Sequence record: SRR31156797_10354
Length of the DNA stretch: 64,000 nucleotides
Reading direction: 5' to 3' (one strand)
Below the pieces are notes generated by a model. It was not told the DNA's origin. It searched no databases and worked only from the letters and a program-made list of their open reading frames with translations. Of this stretch, positions 40,969 through 54,006 are shown piece after piece (the stretch's first letter is position 1; each line of letters starts with the position of its first letter). The translations under genes and the position numbers were made by a program.

Positions 40969-42706
40969 AAAGCAGCCTTTTGAGCGACAGTTACATTTTG
41001 TGTTTTTTGCGACGGTGGCAATTATCGTCTCATTGGCTGTTCTCCTGACCTTAGTTTGGCGACAAGTCTACATGACACAGCTAAAAGAAGCTGCGTATAA
41101 AGATGTTTCAATCATTTCAACAAATATCGCCAAACGGTTAACTGCCGTCGAAACCCTCTCTTTTCGCATTATCGATAGTGCACCGATCCAAAATGGCCTA
41201 CAAAGGATCTTGGCACAAGATTCCTTACAATCCTTAGAGGCGATCGACCAAAAGAATGCCTTAAGTGCGGAAATCAACGCCCTCGTACGCAATGAATCAA
41301 CGATTCAAAATGTCTATCTCTTTACCCCAACGAATGAAAACATGATCAACTTTCTAGCCGAGACCGACCATATCTTTAATGGCCAAACCATCAAAGATAT
41401 GATCGAGACTTTGCCCGATAAGCCTGCCAAAGGGAGTTGGTTTTTTGCAAAGTACCTTTCTCAAGGTGTCTACCTGCGAAAAATCTATTCAACAACCGAT
41501 CTTTCTTTAACCTATATTGGCACGGTGATATTTTTGGTCAATACGTCCTTCTTTCGTAACGAGATCGAAAGTCTTCCCATTGTCTCCGAACAAAACCAAT
41601 TTTTCATGGCGTATCAGAACCAATTTTATAGTACCGCAAATGACGAGCAAACCCTCGTTGCGGATCAAAATACCTTGCAGCAAAAAATGGGAACCTTCCA
41701 GCAATCGATCGGCTCCATGACGTTTGATAATCGCCAGTACTACTATGCAATGGATCGTAAGACGATGCCGAATATGACCTTCATTTATTTGCTACCTGAA
41801 AACCAAGTTTTAGCGGATCTTTATAAGCTACAAGGCCTTTCCATCGCTGTGAGTTTGCCTTTTTTATGTTTGATTATTGTTGTGATTCGGAAAATAAGCA
41901 ATCAGCTGACCCGCCCTTTAGCTGACTTGGCTTCGCAAATGGCAGTTCTGCGGAAAACGAAAAAACTGGCCTCTTTAAAGACCCTCGCTGTCCCAGAAAA
42001 TAGTCAAGAAGAGATCATGGTTCTTTATGAAAGCTACAATACGATGATCGATGAATTAAATGCCTTGATCAAGGACAATTATGAAATGCGTATTTTGTCC
42101 CAAGAAATCGAATTTAAAGGATTGCAAGCGCAATTAGATCCACATTTTCTCTACAATACGTTAGACTCGATCAACTGGATCGCCATTGAAAATCAGCAGT
42201 GGCAGATCTCAGAGATGGTCACCTCCCTTGCCTATTTGTTTCGTAAAAAAATCGATACCAAGTCTGACTTTACGACACTGCAAGATGAATTAGATATCGT
42301 GCACGCCTATATCAATATTCAAAACGTTCGCTTCGGGAAACGGATCGAGTATATCGAAGTAATTTTGGTGAATGATTTGTCCTTTAAGATTCCTAAGTTA
42401 CTGATTCAACCATTGATTGAAAATGTCTTTAAATACGCCGTCAATGATATGAGGGAAACGTGTCGCCTCGTCCTCACGATTGAACAACAAGCAACCTTTC
42501 TCCAAGTCAGTGTCTCTGACAATGGCCCTGGTTTTAAAGCCAACTTCTCGATTGAAAAAGAAGGTGGCATCGGATTGACCAATATTCAAAAACGATTGCA
42601 ACTGCATTATGGTGACCAAGCGTCGTTAGCCATCGTCTCCTCGATTCCCTTCAAAAAGACGACGGCGCGCTTTGTGATCCCCTTAAAAGGAGTGAGTGAA
42701 ACATGA
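40937..42706 (+). CDS. yesM: YesM-like sensor histidine kinase (LytS/YesM family)
   Basis: Two TMs, HAMP, LQAQLDPHFLYNTL, IQPLIEN, VSDNGPG, GIGLTNI. Confidence 0.88.
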   Translation: MKSQKLINQFKKQPFERQLHFVFFATVAIIVSLAVLLTLVWRQVYMTQLKEAAYKDVSIISTNIAKRLTAVETLSFRIIDSAPIQNGLQRILAQDSLQSLEAIDQKNALSAEINALVRNESTIQNVYLFTPTNENMINFLAETDHIFNGQTIKDMIETLPDKPAKGSWFFAKYLSQGVYLRKIYSTTDLSLTYIGTVIFLVNTSFFRNEIESLPIVSEQNQFFMAYQNQFYSTANDEQTLVADQNTLQQKMGTFQQSIGSMTFDNRQYYYAMDRKTMPNMTFIYLLPENQVLADLYKLQGLSIAVSLPFLCLIIVVIRKISNQLTRPLADLASQMAVLRKTKKLASLKTLAVPENSQEEIMVLYESYNTMIDELNALIKDNYEMRILSQEIEFKGLQAQLDPHFLYNTLDSINWIAIENQQWQISEMVTSLAYLFRKKIDTKSDFTTLQDELDIVHAYINIQNVRFGKRIEYIEVILVNDLSFKIPKLLIQPLIENVFKYAVNDMRETCRLVLTIEQQATFLQVSVSDNGPGFKANFSIEKEGGIGLTNIQKRLQLHYGDQASLAIVSSIPFKKTTARFVIPLKGVSET

Positions 42707-44154
42707 AAAACATCCTCGTTGTTGACGATGAACCCTTGATAGCAAATGGTGTGGCTAACCTCGTTGCTTCTTTTGATTTCCCATTAGTGGTCAAAGGAAT
42801 TTACACAGACAGTGAAGAAGCCTTGGCATTTTGTCAGCAAAACACCATCGACATCGTGATTACCGACATCAATATGCCTAAAGTCAATGGACTTGCCTTG
42901 ATCAAAAAATTAAAAGCCATCAATCCTGCGATTCAAATCATTATTTTGACAGGCTTTGGCAGCTTCTCCTTTGCCAAAGAAGCGATGGCTTTAGGGGTCA
43001 AATTTTTCCTTGAAAAACCTGTTTTTCCGAGCAAGCTTTCAGAAGCGTTGGCTGAGACGATCGAACGCTCTGAACGTCGCCAAATGGAATCTACCCTCTA
43101 TTTAAAACAGCAAATTGAACAATACATCAATAGCTGCGGAGAAGAACCACTGCCTGAATCATTCGTTTTTCCATTTTGTATGTACTTATTTGATTCGAAA
43201 TTCTATCACGCCATCGCTAAGCGGATCGAAAGCTATGAGAACCATCACGAGTTGGTGATCGGTCATCAAAACAAAGTTGGCTATATCCTGAACTTCAGTA
43301 CGGAAAATACCTTTAATCTCTTTTTTAAAACGAAGGTACAGGCTGCGCATCTAGGAAAAGGGATCGCCATCAATTGCTGGGTCGAAACTCCCGAAAAATT
43401 TTTACTCAGTTATCATTTAGGCAAGCGAAACTTGGATAAGGAGTTTTATTTTGATACCTTTGAAGTCATCCAAGAAGCCCAAATCTCACAAGAAAATGTC
43501 TATGAAAATAGTCTCTACATGGAATACCGTGAAAAACTTTTGGCATTGATCGACAAAGGCGAACTGACTTTAGCCCAAGTTCTTACGGAAAACTTTTTTT
43601 CTACCTGTCGCATGGAGCTTTACCCTGTCCAACTATTGCGGCTGCAAGTCAACGATTTGTTATCAGCAATTTTTGAAAATCATCGCATCAAAAAAGACAT
43701 CTACTTCGATGACTATTCCCCAAAGATCATGCTCTTGAATAATTGGCACGAACTCCAGTTTATGCTGCTTCACTGTATCGATTTGATGCGGGGCAGCTTA
43801 GACGATAGTGAGAACATGCAGTTGTCCCAAAAAGTCAACCTGATCATCGAAGAATATTATGACCATGAAGCATTGTCATTGAAATGGATCGCCGCCCATC
43901 TTTTGTACTTAAATCCTGAATACTTAGGAAAAACCTATTACAAAGAAACCGGGATTCGCTTCAATCAAAAATTAGCCGAATACCGCATCCAAAAAGCACA
44001 AGAATTGCTGAAGAAAAACTACAAAGTCTACGAAGTGGCAGCGATGACGGGCTTTAGTAATGCCCCCGAATATTTTGTTCAAACGTTCAAAAAGATTACC
44101 GGTATGACACCAAAGAAATTCTTGAAGCAGCAAGAAAAAGCACTTCTCTCTTAA
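42703..44154 (+). CDS. yesN: YesN-like response regulator (receiver plus AraC HTH)
   Basis: ILVVDDE, TDINMP, YLNPEYLG, YFVQTFKKITGMTP. Confidence 0.88.
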   Translation: MKNILVVDDEPLIANGVANLVASFDFPLVVKGIYTDSEEALAFCQQNTIDIVITDINMPKVNGLALIKKLKAINPAIQIIILTGFGSFSFAKEAMALGVKFFLEKPVFPSKLSEALAETIERSERRQMESTLYLKQQIEQYINSCGEEPLPESFVFPFCMYLFDSKFYHAIAKRIESYENHHELVIGHQNKVGYILNFSTENTFNLFFKTKVQAAHLGKGIAINCWVETPEKFLLSYHLGKRNLDKEFYFDTFEVIQEAQISQENVYENSLYMEYREKLLALIDKGELTLAQVLTENFFSTCRMELYPVQLLRLQVNDLLSAIFENHRIKKDIYFDDYSPKIMLLNNWHELQFMLLHCIDLMRGSLDDSENMQLSQKVNLIIEEYYDHEALSLKWIAAHLLYLNPEYLGKTYYKETGIRFNQKLAEYRIQKAQELLKKNYKVYEVAAMTGFSNAPEYFVQTFKKITGMTPKKFLKQQEKALLS

Positions 44155-44194
44155 CGTTTCTTCTATAACGAAAGCATTGTTTTGCTATTTCAAC

Positions 44195-44237
44195 AAAAGA
44201 GGTAGTCCGCTCACGAATGTGAGCGAACTACCTCTTT
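44195..44237. terminator. Bidirectional terminator between yesN and rhaM
   Basis: AAAGAGGTAGT.CGCTCAC-gaat-GTGAGCG.ACTACCTCTTT. Confidence 0.85.
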
Positions 44238-44309
44238 GACTAACGAGTGATTGATGTCAAACAACTGATGCGACCGTGTTCGTTTTAAGGAATGAGCGTT
44301 TTGTCTAGC

Positions 44310-44621
44310 TTACAGCGTAAAGACTTCCTTTAACTCCTGTGTCACTGGCGAATCATCCGGATTTGTTTCCATAAGTTCTGCCATGTAATGCCACCATTTT
44401 TGGTTGATCTCGGTTGCCGCTAACTGCTGCCAGCGGGTTTCATCTTCAATCTCAAGGTAGCCAAACAACGCAAGGCTTTCTGGATCTAAGAAAATCTGGT
44501 AGCTTTTCGCCCCGTGTGCTATGAGCTGCTCTTTTAGTTCTGGCCATAGTTCGCGATGCCGTTTTTCATATTCTGCTTCATAACCAGGATGTAGCTTCAT
44601 CCGAATCGCTTTTTTGATCAT
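44310..44621 (-). CDS. rhaM: L-rhamnose mutarotase
   Basis: EYEKRHRELWPE, KWWHYMAELMETNPDDSP, EVFTL. Confidence 0.93.
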   Translation of the reverse strand: MIKKAIRMKLHPGYEAEYEKRHRELWPELKEQLIAHGAKSYQIFLDPESLALFGYLEIEDETRWQQLAATEINQKWWHYMAELMETNPDDSPVTQELKEVFTL

Positions 44622-44660
44622 CTTTGTCTGCTCCTCTCTTTATTACGTAAGGTGTTCTGC

Positions 44661-45767
44661 TTAACAAAATGAAACCAATAGTTCAGTAAATGCTAAAACT
44701 GTCAGTGATTGCCCGTAAGGCATTGCCGTAATCGCGATGTTTTTGTAGTACGCCAAGTCTTCTCCCATTCCAGTACCGATGGAAACATTTTGGACTTCTC
44801 CATCTTCTGCGACTTGTTCGATCAAACCGGCTAACGCTTTATAGGCAACATCTTCCCAAGCTTTGTCAATGTAACGCTTATGAACGGCTTTTAAAATCCC
44901 ATAGGCAAAACCAGCCGTCGCAGAGGCCTCCACATACGAGCTAGGATCATCTAACAAGGTGTGCCACAAACCACTTTCATCTTGCATTTCTTGCAAGGCA
45001 GCTAGTTGGTCTAAGAGGGTATTGATCAAGAAGCCCCGTAACGCATCTCCTTCTTGCAAGTCGAGAATTTCAATGATCTCAGGAATCGCAATGGTGATCC
45101 AGCAGTTGCCTCTTGCCCAAAGCGCTTGCGCATAATTGTGGCGTTCTTCAAATGTCCAGCCGTGGAACCAAAGACCAGTTTTTTTATCAACTAAGTATTT
45201 GATATGGATCATAAATTGTTGTTTTGCTTCTTCGATACAAGCCGGACGATTCAGCAACATGCCAATTTTCGCCAAAGGCAAAGCGGTCATCATCAAGGTA
45301 TCGTCCCAAAGCTGGTTGCGATTTTCTGGTCCATAGGTCGCATGCTGCAGACCATTTTCATCGGTTCGCGGCATATCATGCATGACCCATTCCGCCCATT
45401 GTTCAAGGTACGGCAAGTAACGAGAATCTTTGGTGTCTTCATAAAGATACGCCATTGCCAAAAGCGGCGCCATCGTGTTGACATTTTTAGGCGGCGCGCC
45501 TTCTAACATCCGCTGCTCAAACCATTCTTCCACAACTTGGAGCGCTTGGGGATTTTTAGTGATTTGGTAGATTTTATAAATGCCGTATAGTCCCACCCCT
45601 TGCGGCCAGTTCCAAATCCCCCAGCTTTTATCATCAACGATCAAGCCGTCAAAGTCTAATAGAAATTCGCCATTATCATCCTTGATCGTCGTTAAATTTT
45701 CGATCATGCGATCAATTTTTTCTTCTACAACACGTTTTTCCACAAATAACTGTTCTAAAATCACCAT
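44661..45767 (-). CDS. Unsaturated rhamnogalacturonyl hydrolase, GH105 (YesR/RhiN-like)
   Basis: WNWPQGVGLYG, NVNTMAPL, LWDDTLMM, GLWFHGW, WARGNCW, EASATAG. Confidence 0.9.
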   Translation of the reverse strand: MVILEQLFVEKRVVEEKIDRMIENLTTIKDDNGEFLLDFDGLIVDDKSWGIWNWPQGVGLYGIYKIYQITKNPQALQVVEEWFEQRMLEGAPPKNVNTMAPLLAMAYLYEDTKDSRYLPYLEQWAEWVMHDMPRTDENGLQHATYGPENRNQLWDDTLMMTALPLAKIGMLLNRPACIEEAKQQFMIHIKYLVDKKTGLWFHGWTFEERHNYAQALWARGNCWITIAIPEIIEILDLQEGDALRGFLINTLLDQLAALQEMQDESGLWHTLLDDPSSYVEASATAGFAYGILKAVHKRYIDKAWEDVAYKALAGLIEQVAEDGEVQNVSIGTGMGEDLAYYKNIAITAMPYGQSLTVLAFTELLVSFC

Positions 45768-45804
45768 TAGGTTCATCCTCTCATTTCTCTTTGATAGATT
45801 GATC

Positions 45805-45818
45805 GTAACACGCTTACA
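45805..45818 (-). promoter_or_regulatory. cre-like site upstream of GH105
   Basis: TGTAAGCGTGTTAC. Confidence 0.45.
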
Positions 45819-45899
45819 TTTACACAAAAATAGCAGTTATTGACACTTTACTAGCTATTCTTGTATGATAAAAACAAACGAGTACGAAAGGAGCCAATC

Positions 45900-46784
45900 A
45901 TGGAGAATCAAAGTGCGGATACGATGATCAACGATCGTTTTGAGGCCTTTCACGTCAAAGACATCGTAGAAGAAAACAATACCCTTTATCATTACCATAG
46001 TTTTTATGAGATTCACTGTACCTTAAAAGGATCAGCGGTCTTCTTTATCGATGGCGGAGAATTCCCTCTAGAACCTGGTACGATTATCTTGATTCCTCCA
46101 AACGTCTTGCATCGAATCGTCCATCAAACTTCTGATTTTTTCGAGCGAACCTACCTGTATATCAATCCTAGTTATCTCGCTGCCCTCTCCACTACCCAAA
46201 CAGATCTCACTGCCTGTTTTCGTAGCAACGGCGGCATCAACAGTCGTATTTTATCGATCGATGCCGACCAATTAGACCAGCTATTGCGTCCTTTACGCAA
46301 AAAAACGGATAGCAATTATGGCACCGACTTACTTTATCAAAATCATTTAACCGCGTTTTTGATTTCCATCAATACGATTGCCTATCAGGAAAAAGAACCG
46401 CTATTTTTATCCGACTCACTCTATAAAAATAAAGACATTTTGGCTGCTATTACCTATATCAATCAGCATTTGACCGCTGATCTCTCCTTAGATACCGTCG
46501 CCAAAGCCCTTTTCATGAGCCCATACTCGCTTTCAAGGACCTTCAAAAAAGAAACTGGCGTCGCCTTTCATGCTTATGTGGTAAAGAAACGACTCTTAAA
46601 GAGCAAAGAAATTTTACGTAAAACCAGAAGCGCCACCGCCACCTTCGAAGCTTGCGGCTTCAACTCCTATACCCATTTTTTACGCTGCTTTAAACAAGAG
46701 TTTCAACTGACACCAAAAGAATTTTTACAAGAAGAAGCCCAAAATCAGTTTGTCCGTTTTACGCATTTTGCAGGGAAAAAATAG
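45900..46784 (+). CDS. AraC family regulator with cupin sensor domain (RhaR-like)
   Basis: HYHSFYEI cupin, LSLDTVAK..SPYSLSRTFKK, GFNSYTHFLRCFK; divergent from GH105-rhaM. Confidence 0.88.
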   Translation: MENQSADTMINDRFEAFHVKDIVEENNTLYHYHSFYEIHCTLKGSAVFFIDGGEFPLEPGTIILIPPNVLHRIVHQTSDFFERTYLYINPSYLAALSTTQTDLTACFRSNGGINSRILSIDADQLDQLLRPLRKKTDSNYGTDLLYQNHLTAFLISINTIAYQEKEPLFLSDSLYKNKDILAAITYINQHLTADLSLDTVAKALFMSPYSLSRTFKKETGVAFHAYVVKKRLLKSKEILRKTRSATATFEACGFNSYTHFLRCFKQEFQLTPKEFLQEEAQNQFVRFTHFAGKK

Positions 46785-46865
46785 CAAGCCGTTGCAAAGC
46801 GCCAATCATTGGCTCGTGAAAAAAGAGTTGCTGCTTCCCTTTCCTGATGTTAGATGACACAATAT

Positions 46866-46901
46866 AAAAAGAATGACACGAGGAAATGTGTCATTCTTTT
46901 T
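46866..46901. terminator. Bidirectional terminator
   Basis: AAAAAGAATGACAC...GTGTCATTCTTTTT. Confidence 0.8.
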
Positions 46902-46906
46902 GTATG

Positions 46907-50199
<3,293 letters not shown>

Positions 50200-50294
50200 A
50201 CATTCCACCCCTAAATAAATTTCAAAGAAAATCTATGTTGTATGTGCTTACCGGTATAACATACTGTTCTTTCTGCCAGCAATGTACCATTTAT

Positions 50295-50380
50295 AGAGAG
50301 CGTTTCCAATATATTTTCCCAAAGACGAAATGGATTTCATCTTTTCATTAAAAACCGCTCTTTTTTCGAAATCCATTCCA
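50295..50380 (-). promoter_or_regulatory. cre site and two putative RpiR-type operators upstream of the PTS operon
   Basis: TGGAAACGCTCTCT at 50295-50308; dyad AAAGAcGAAAT-GG-ATTTCaTCTTT at 50321-50344; CGAAATCCATTCCA at 50367-50380. Confidence 0.55.
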
Positions 50381-50666
50381 TTAAAAGACCAAACATCGCC
50401 TTGACGAAGCCACTAGAAACAATGATATAATTTACTAGATGATTGTGTTACTTTTGATCTATCGCGATCATAATAGGCTTTTTCAACGTAATGGACCCAC
50501 CAACCGAAAAAGAACGCCCCGATGATCCCGCAACAACGGATCAAACCACTGCTTCTTCCCCCAACCATTGAAGCAATCCTTACTGAATCAACGATTTGGT
50601 CTAGCCTGTTATGAACGGCTATTCTAGGTTGGATTTATAAAAAACAGGCGAAGGGAACGAAGAAAC

Positions 50667-51488
50667 ATGACAAACGCGAAACAAGCAATACCCCCAAAAA
50701 CGATTTTCTTTCATGAAGAAGCTTTTCAAAAAACAGATCAAACGATCATTCGCTGGTTAGGAAACTCCGGTATTCTTCTAAACAGCCGTGGTACATGTAT
50801 CATGGTTGATCCGGTCTTGGAAGGATTTGACCTGCCGTTACTGATCGATATGCCAATCAAACCGGCGGCAGTCCCTCACTTAGATGCGGTATTGATCACC
50901 CATTCAGATAATGATCACTACGGCATTCCGACGATTGAAAAATTAGTCCCGGTTACCGATAGCTTCCATGGACCCAAATATGTTGCCGAACTTATGCAAG
51001 AGCACTTTCAAGTTGCTGCCCAAGGTCACGAAATCTATGATTCATTCACCGTTAAAAATTTGGAGATTTCATTAACAAAGGCGTATCACCTTTGGCAAAA
51101 TGAGACGACAAAATTTGACCGTGTCTTCCAAATTGAGGACTATTGCGGCTTTTGGATCGATACTCCGGATGGTTCCTTGTGGATTCCTGGCGATTCTCGT
51201 CTTTTACCAGAACAATTAGAGATGCCTCAACCAGATGCGATCTTATTTGACTTTAACGACAACGCTTGGCATATCGGCTTTGAGAACGCCGTGAAACTGG
51301 CAAATACCTATCCTCATGCTGAATTGATCCTCTCCCATTGGGGAACAGTGGATGCTCCGCATATCGATGCTTTTAATGGGGACCCTGAAGCTTTGTACGA
51401 TCGGATCGTCAATCCGAAACGGATTCGTCTAGTTGCTGCCGGTGAGCCGATCGAATTGAAATCAACCACTTCCAACAATTTAGAATAG
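50667..51488 (+). CDS. Metallo-beta-lactamase-fold hydrolase (UlaG-like)
   Basis: IRWLGNSG, IMVDP, ITHSDNDHY, PGDS, SHWGT. Confidence 0.8.
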   Translation: MTNAKQAIPPKTIFFHEEAFQKTDQTIIRWLGNSGILLNSRGTCIMVDPVLEGFDLPLLIDMPIKPAAVPHLDAVLITHSDNDHYGIPTIEKLVPVTDSFHGPKYVAELMQEHFQVAAQGHEIYDSFTVKNLEISLTKAYHLWQNETTKFDRVFQIEDYCGFWIDTPDGSLWIPGDSRLLPEQLEMPQPDAILFDFNDNAWHIGFENAVKLANTYPHAELILSHWGTVDAPHIDAFNGDPEALYDRIVNPKRIRLVAAGEPIELKSTTSNNLE

Positions 51489-51490
51489 GG

Positions 51491-51524
51491 AAAAAGGACC
51501 ACACCGTTTTTGGTGTGGTCCTTT
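51491..51524. terminator. Bidirectional terminator
   Basis: AAAAGGACCACACC...GGTGTGGTCCTTTT. Confidence 0.85.
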
Positions 51525-52411
51525 TATTCTTCTGCCATCTCTTTAAACGTCGTTCTTCGACTCGTTTCTAAATAACGAGCGTTGCTGATTTTCATTTGGA
51601 TATTCTCCTGATAATCGAGGGAAAAAATCTGAGCAAACAAAACCGTCAAAAGGAATTGAATCGATTCTTCTGTGGAAAAATTTCCGATTTTAGAATATAG
51701 TTTTTCTCGGCTAGCAATCGTCAAGACGATCGTCGAATAGTCCCGCAAATAGTTGTCCCCACCACTCGTAAGACTGATAATTGGCACACCATTTTTCAGC
51801 AATGTTTTCACATTTTTCATAGGATAGGTCTCTGAATTATTTCCAGAATAAGAGATAAGAATGGCACAATCCTGCGGGGTCAGCGTTTGGGAAATCAAGC
51901 CCGCTTCGTCCGTATCCGCAACAAAGGCTTTTTTATGAATCGTGTTTAAGTTGCGTTTAAACAGCTGCCCGAAATACGAATTTGGACTACGCCCATAGAT
52001 GACAACGTTTTGAGCGCCATTGATGAGTCGAGCGGCTTGATTCAGGTCTTTTACCGTCATAAGTGCCGCTGTTTCTTTAATCGTCTGCATGCGTAAGTTC
52101 GCCAAGTTTTCAATGATTTCTAATGTGTCTGCCGCCTCACCAAAAGGGATATTCACATCGATCGTTGCTGAGCCATCATCAAAGTGTGCCAGTTCATGCA
52201 CGAAGGCATACACAAATTCTTTCCAACCGGAAAAGCCAAAATATTTTGCAAAACGGACTAACGTCGGCTTTGAGGTATGGGTCAGTTTTGCGATTTCTTC
52301 CATAGTATACTCACTGACTTTTTCCCGATTGCCTAGTAAAAAATCACCGATCGTCCTTCTTGCATCATTTTGTTTAAACGCTGCTTCTTCAATTTTTTGA
52401 AAAAGATACAT
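51524..52411 (-). CDS. MurR/RpiR family transcriptional regulator
   Basis: TSKPTLVRFAKYFGFSGWKEF HTH; SIS domain ISYSG. Confidence 0.9.
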   Translation of the reverse strand: MYLFQKIEEAAFKQNDARRTIGDFLLGNREKVSEYTMEEIAKLTHTSKPTLVRFAKYFGFSGWKEFVYAFVHELAHFDDGSATIDVNIPFGEAADTLEIIENLANLRMQTIKETAALMTVKDLNQAARLINGAQNVVIYGRSPNSYFGQLFKRNLNTIHKKAFVADTDEAGLISQTLTPQDCAILISYSGNNSETYPMKNVKTLLKNGVPIISLTSGGDNYLRDYSTIVLTIASREKLYSKIGNFSTEESIQFLLTVLFAQIFSLDYQENIQMKISNARYLETSRRTTFKEMAEE

Positions 52412-52536
52412 CTGGTTCTCCCTTCTGATTGCTGCTGTTAGTTTTACACGTCCCATTCATTCACGTTTCTTTCTATCTAAAAGCACTGAAAGTGATGAAT
52501 TGAAGACAGAAAAGCGTGGAGCACGCCAGCGTATGC

Positions 52537-53715
52537 CTACCCTCGTTCAAAATACAAAAAGAATTTATTTCCCAAAAGGGCGATCATACCAATCAGACAT
52601 AGCATGCCCCCTGATAAGATCATCTGCATCCCTGCTGTTTCATTGCCGCTGACTAGTATCAGCAAGCGTGATGCATAGGGTGCGAGCGTGACCCCTAAAT
52701 TGTAAGCAACGATCGAGACGATCGTGCCAAACTTAGCTTCTGCTTCACCACCAGTGGTCAGCAAGTGGGTGAAAAAAGGCATGATGCTGCGAAAGGCAAA
52801 GCCTAATAATAAAGAACAACCCAAGAGTAGCCCCACTGTCTGCAATGGGTAAGTCAAATAGATGCTGCTTCCTGCAAGCAATGCCGCAATGGGCAGCAAC
52901 CAGCGATGTAGGCGACTGTATATCAAGCCAAAGGCATTGCCGGCGATAAATGCTCCCGTCGCAATGGCGGCAATCATGTTACTGCCTTCAGTGGCGTCCC
53001 CGATTCCTTTTTCCAATAACAATGGTGTGATCTGTAAATTGTAATTAATAAATAAGACAACGATTAGAAACAAGAGCACACCCAGAACGAATGATCGCTG
53101 TTTCCGTTCTTTTGAAACCGTGACGTTCGCCAATAACGTCTCATTAGTCACAGCCTGTGTTTCGTTTGGAATAAACAGCTGGACAAAGAAGAGACTGATC
53201 AGGGCAAAGCCATAAACCAAGAAGGACATTTCCCAACTGATTTTCACTAGCTGCCCAACCAGCAAAGTCATAAAGATACCACCTAAACCACCAACGGCAC
53301 TTTCTAATCCAAGAGCTTTGGCTTTCTTTTGCGGCTCATTTTGAAACAGCAAACTAATCATTTGAATCGCCAAACGATTGAATAAGCCGATCCCGAAGCC
53401 AAGAATCCCTCGAGAAAGAAACAAGACGGGAAAGCTCCCCTGATACCATGCCGGCAGCGTGCCAAAAACCGCCACAATGACCAAGCCGGTGACCATCGTG
53501 TATTTTTTGCCGATCCTTTTTTCGATCATGCTGGTAGTAAAAATCCCCAGTAAAAGAAACAATGATGGAATCGTGGTCAGTAACCCAATGTAGACCGCAT
53601 CAACTTCTGGGAAGCTTGCCGCAATCGCTGGGACATTGGCAGAAATCGCCGGTGCCGAATAGACAACCATTGCCACCGACAGCAGTGCCAACAACTTCAT
53701 AGAAAAAAATTTCAT
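52537..53715 (-). CDS. MFS transporter
   Basis: About 12 TM helices, EKRIGKK motif A, LSRGILGFGIG. Confidence 0.85.
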   Translation of the reverse strand: MKFFSMKLLALLSVAMVVYSAPAISANVPAIAASFPEVDAVYIGLLTTIPSLFLLLGIFTTSMIEKRIGKKYTMVTGLVIVAVFGTLPAWYQGSFPVLFLSRGILGFGIGLFNRLAIQMISLLFQNEPQKKAKALGLESAVGGLGGIFMTLLVGQLVKISWEMSFLVYGFALISLFFVQLFIPNETQAVTNETLLANVTVSKERKQRSFVLGVLLFLIVVLFINYNLQITPLLLEKGIGDATEGSNMIAAIATGAFIAGNAFGLIYSRLHRWLLPIAALLAGSSIYLTYPLQTVGLLLGCSLLLGFAFRSIMPFFTHLLTTGGEAEAKFGTIVSIVAYNLGVTLAPYASRLLILVSGNETAGMQMILSGGMLCLIGMIALLGNKFFLYFERG

Positions 53716-53830
53716 AAATACCCCTTTCCTTAAAAACACCTTTTCTTCCTTGTCTCTGAACCCAATAGTCCAAGATGACAAAGTGATCCTTTCACTACCT
53801 TATTATTCGCTAGATTGTCCTCGTTGACCA

Positions 53831-53867
53831 ATGCTTAACGCGCTTGGGCTTTATGCTTGAAAAGCAT
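53831..53867. promoter_or_regulatory. Putative LysR-type binding sites upstream of the MFS gene
   Basis: ATGC-N7-GCAT at 53853-53867 and ATGC-N7-GCTT at 53831-53845. Confidence 0.4.
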
Positions 53868-53927
53868 TGGTCTTCTGTATTTTACTAGGTTTCTATGGCG
53901 ATTGCTGGAACTCATTTATGTTTGTCT

Positions 53928-53977
53928 AAAAAAAAAGAAACCTTGCAGTATGTTTTCTGCAAGGCTTCCTTCTTTTC
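53928..53977 (-). terminator. Terminator after the dxs-like gene
   Basis: CCTTGCAG...CTGCAAGG plus long A-run. Confidence 0.75.
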
Positions 53978-54006
53978 ATAAATCGACTGTAACTACTCAG
54001 AATGCT

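Noticed and set aside
50410-50640. Short ORFs in the PTS/MBL intergenic region, one with a PTS-IIC-like stretch (GIIGAFFFGWWVHYVEK)
   Set aside because: No RBS and the similarity is too short to support; needs tblastn
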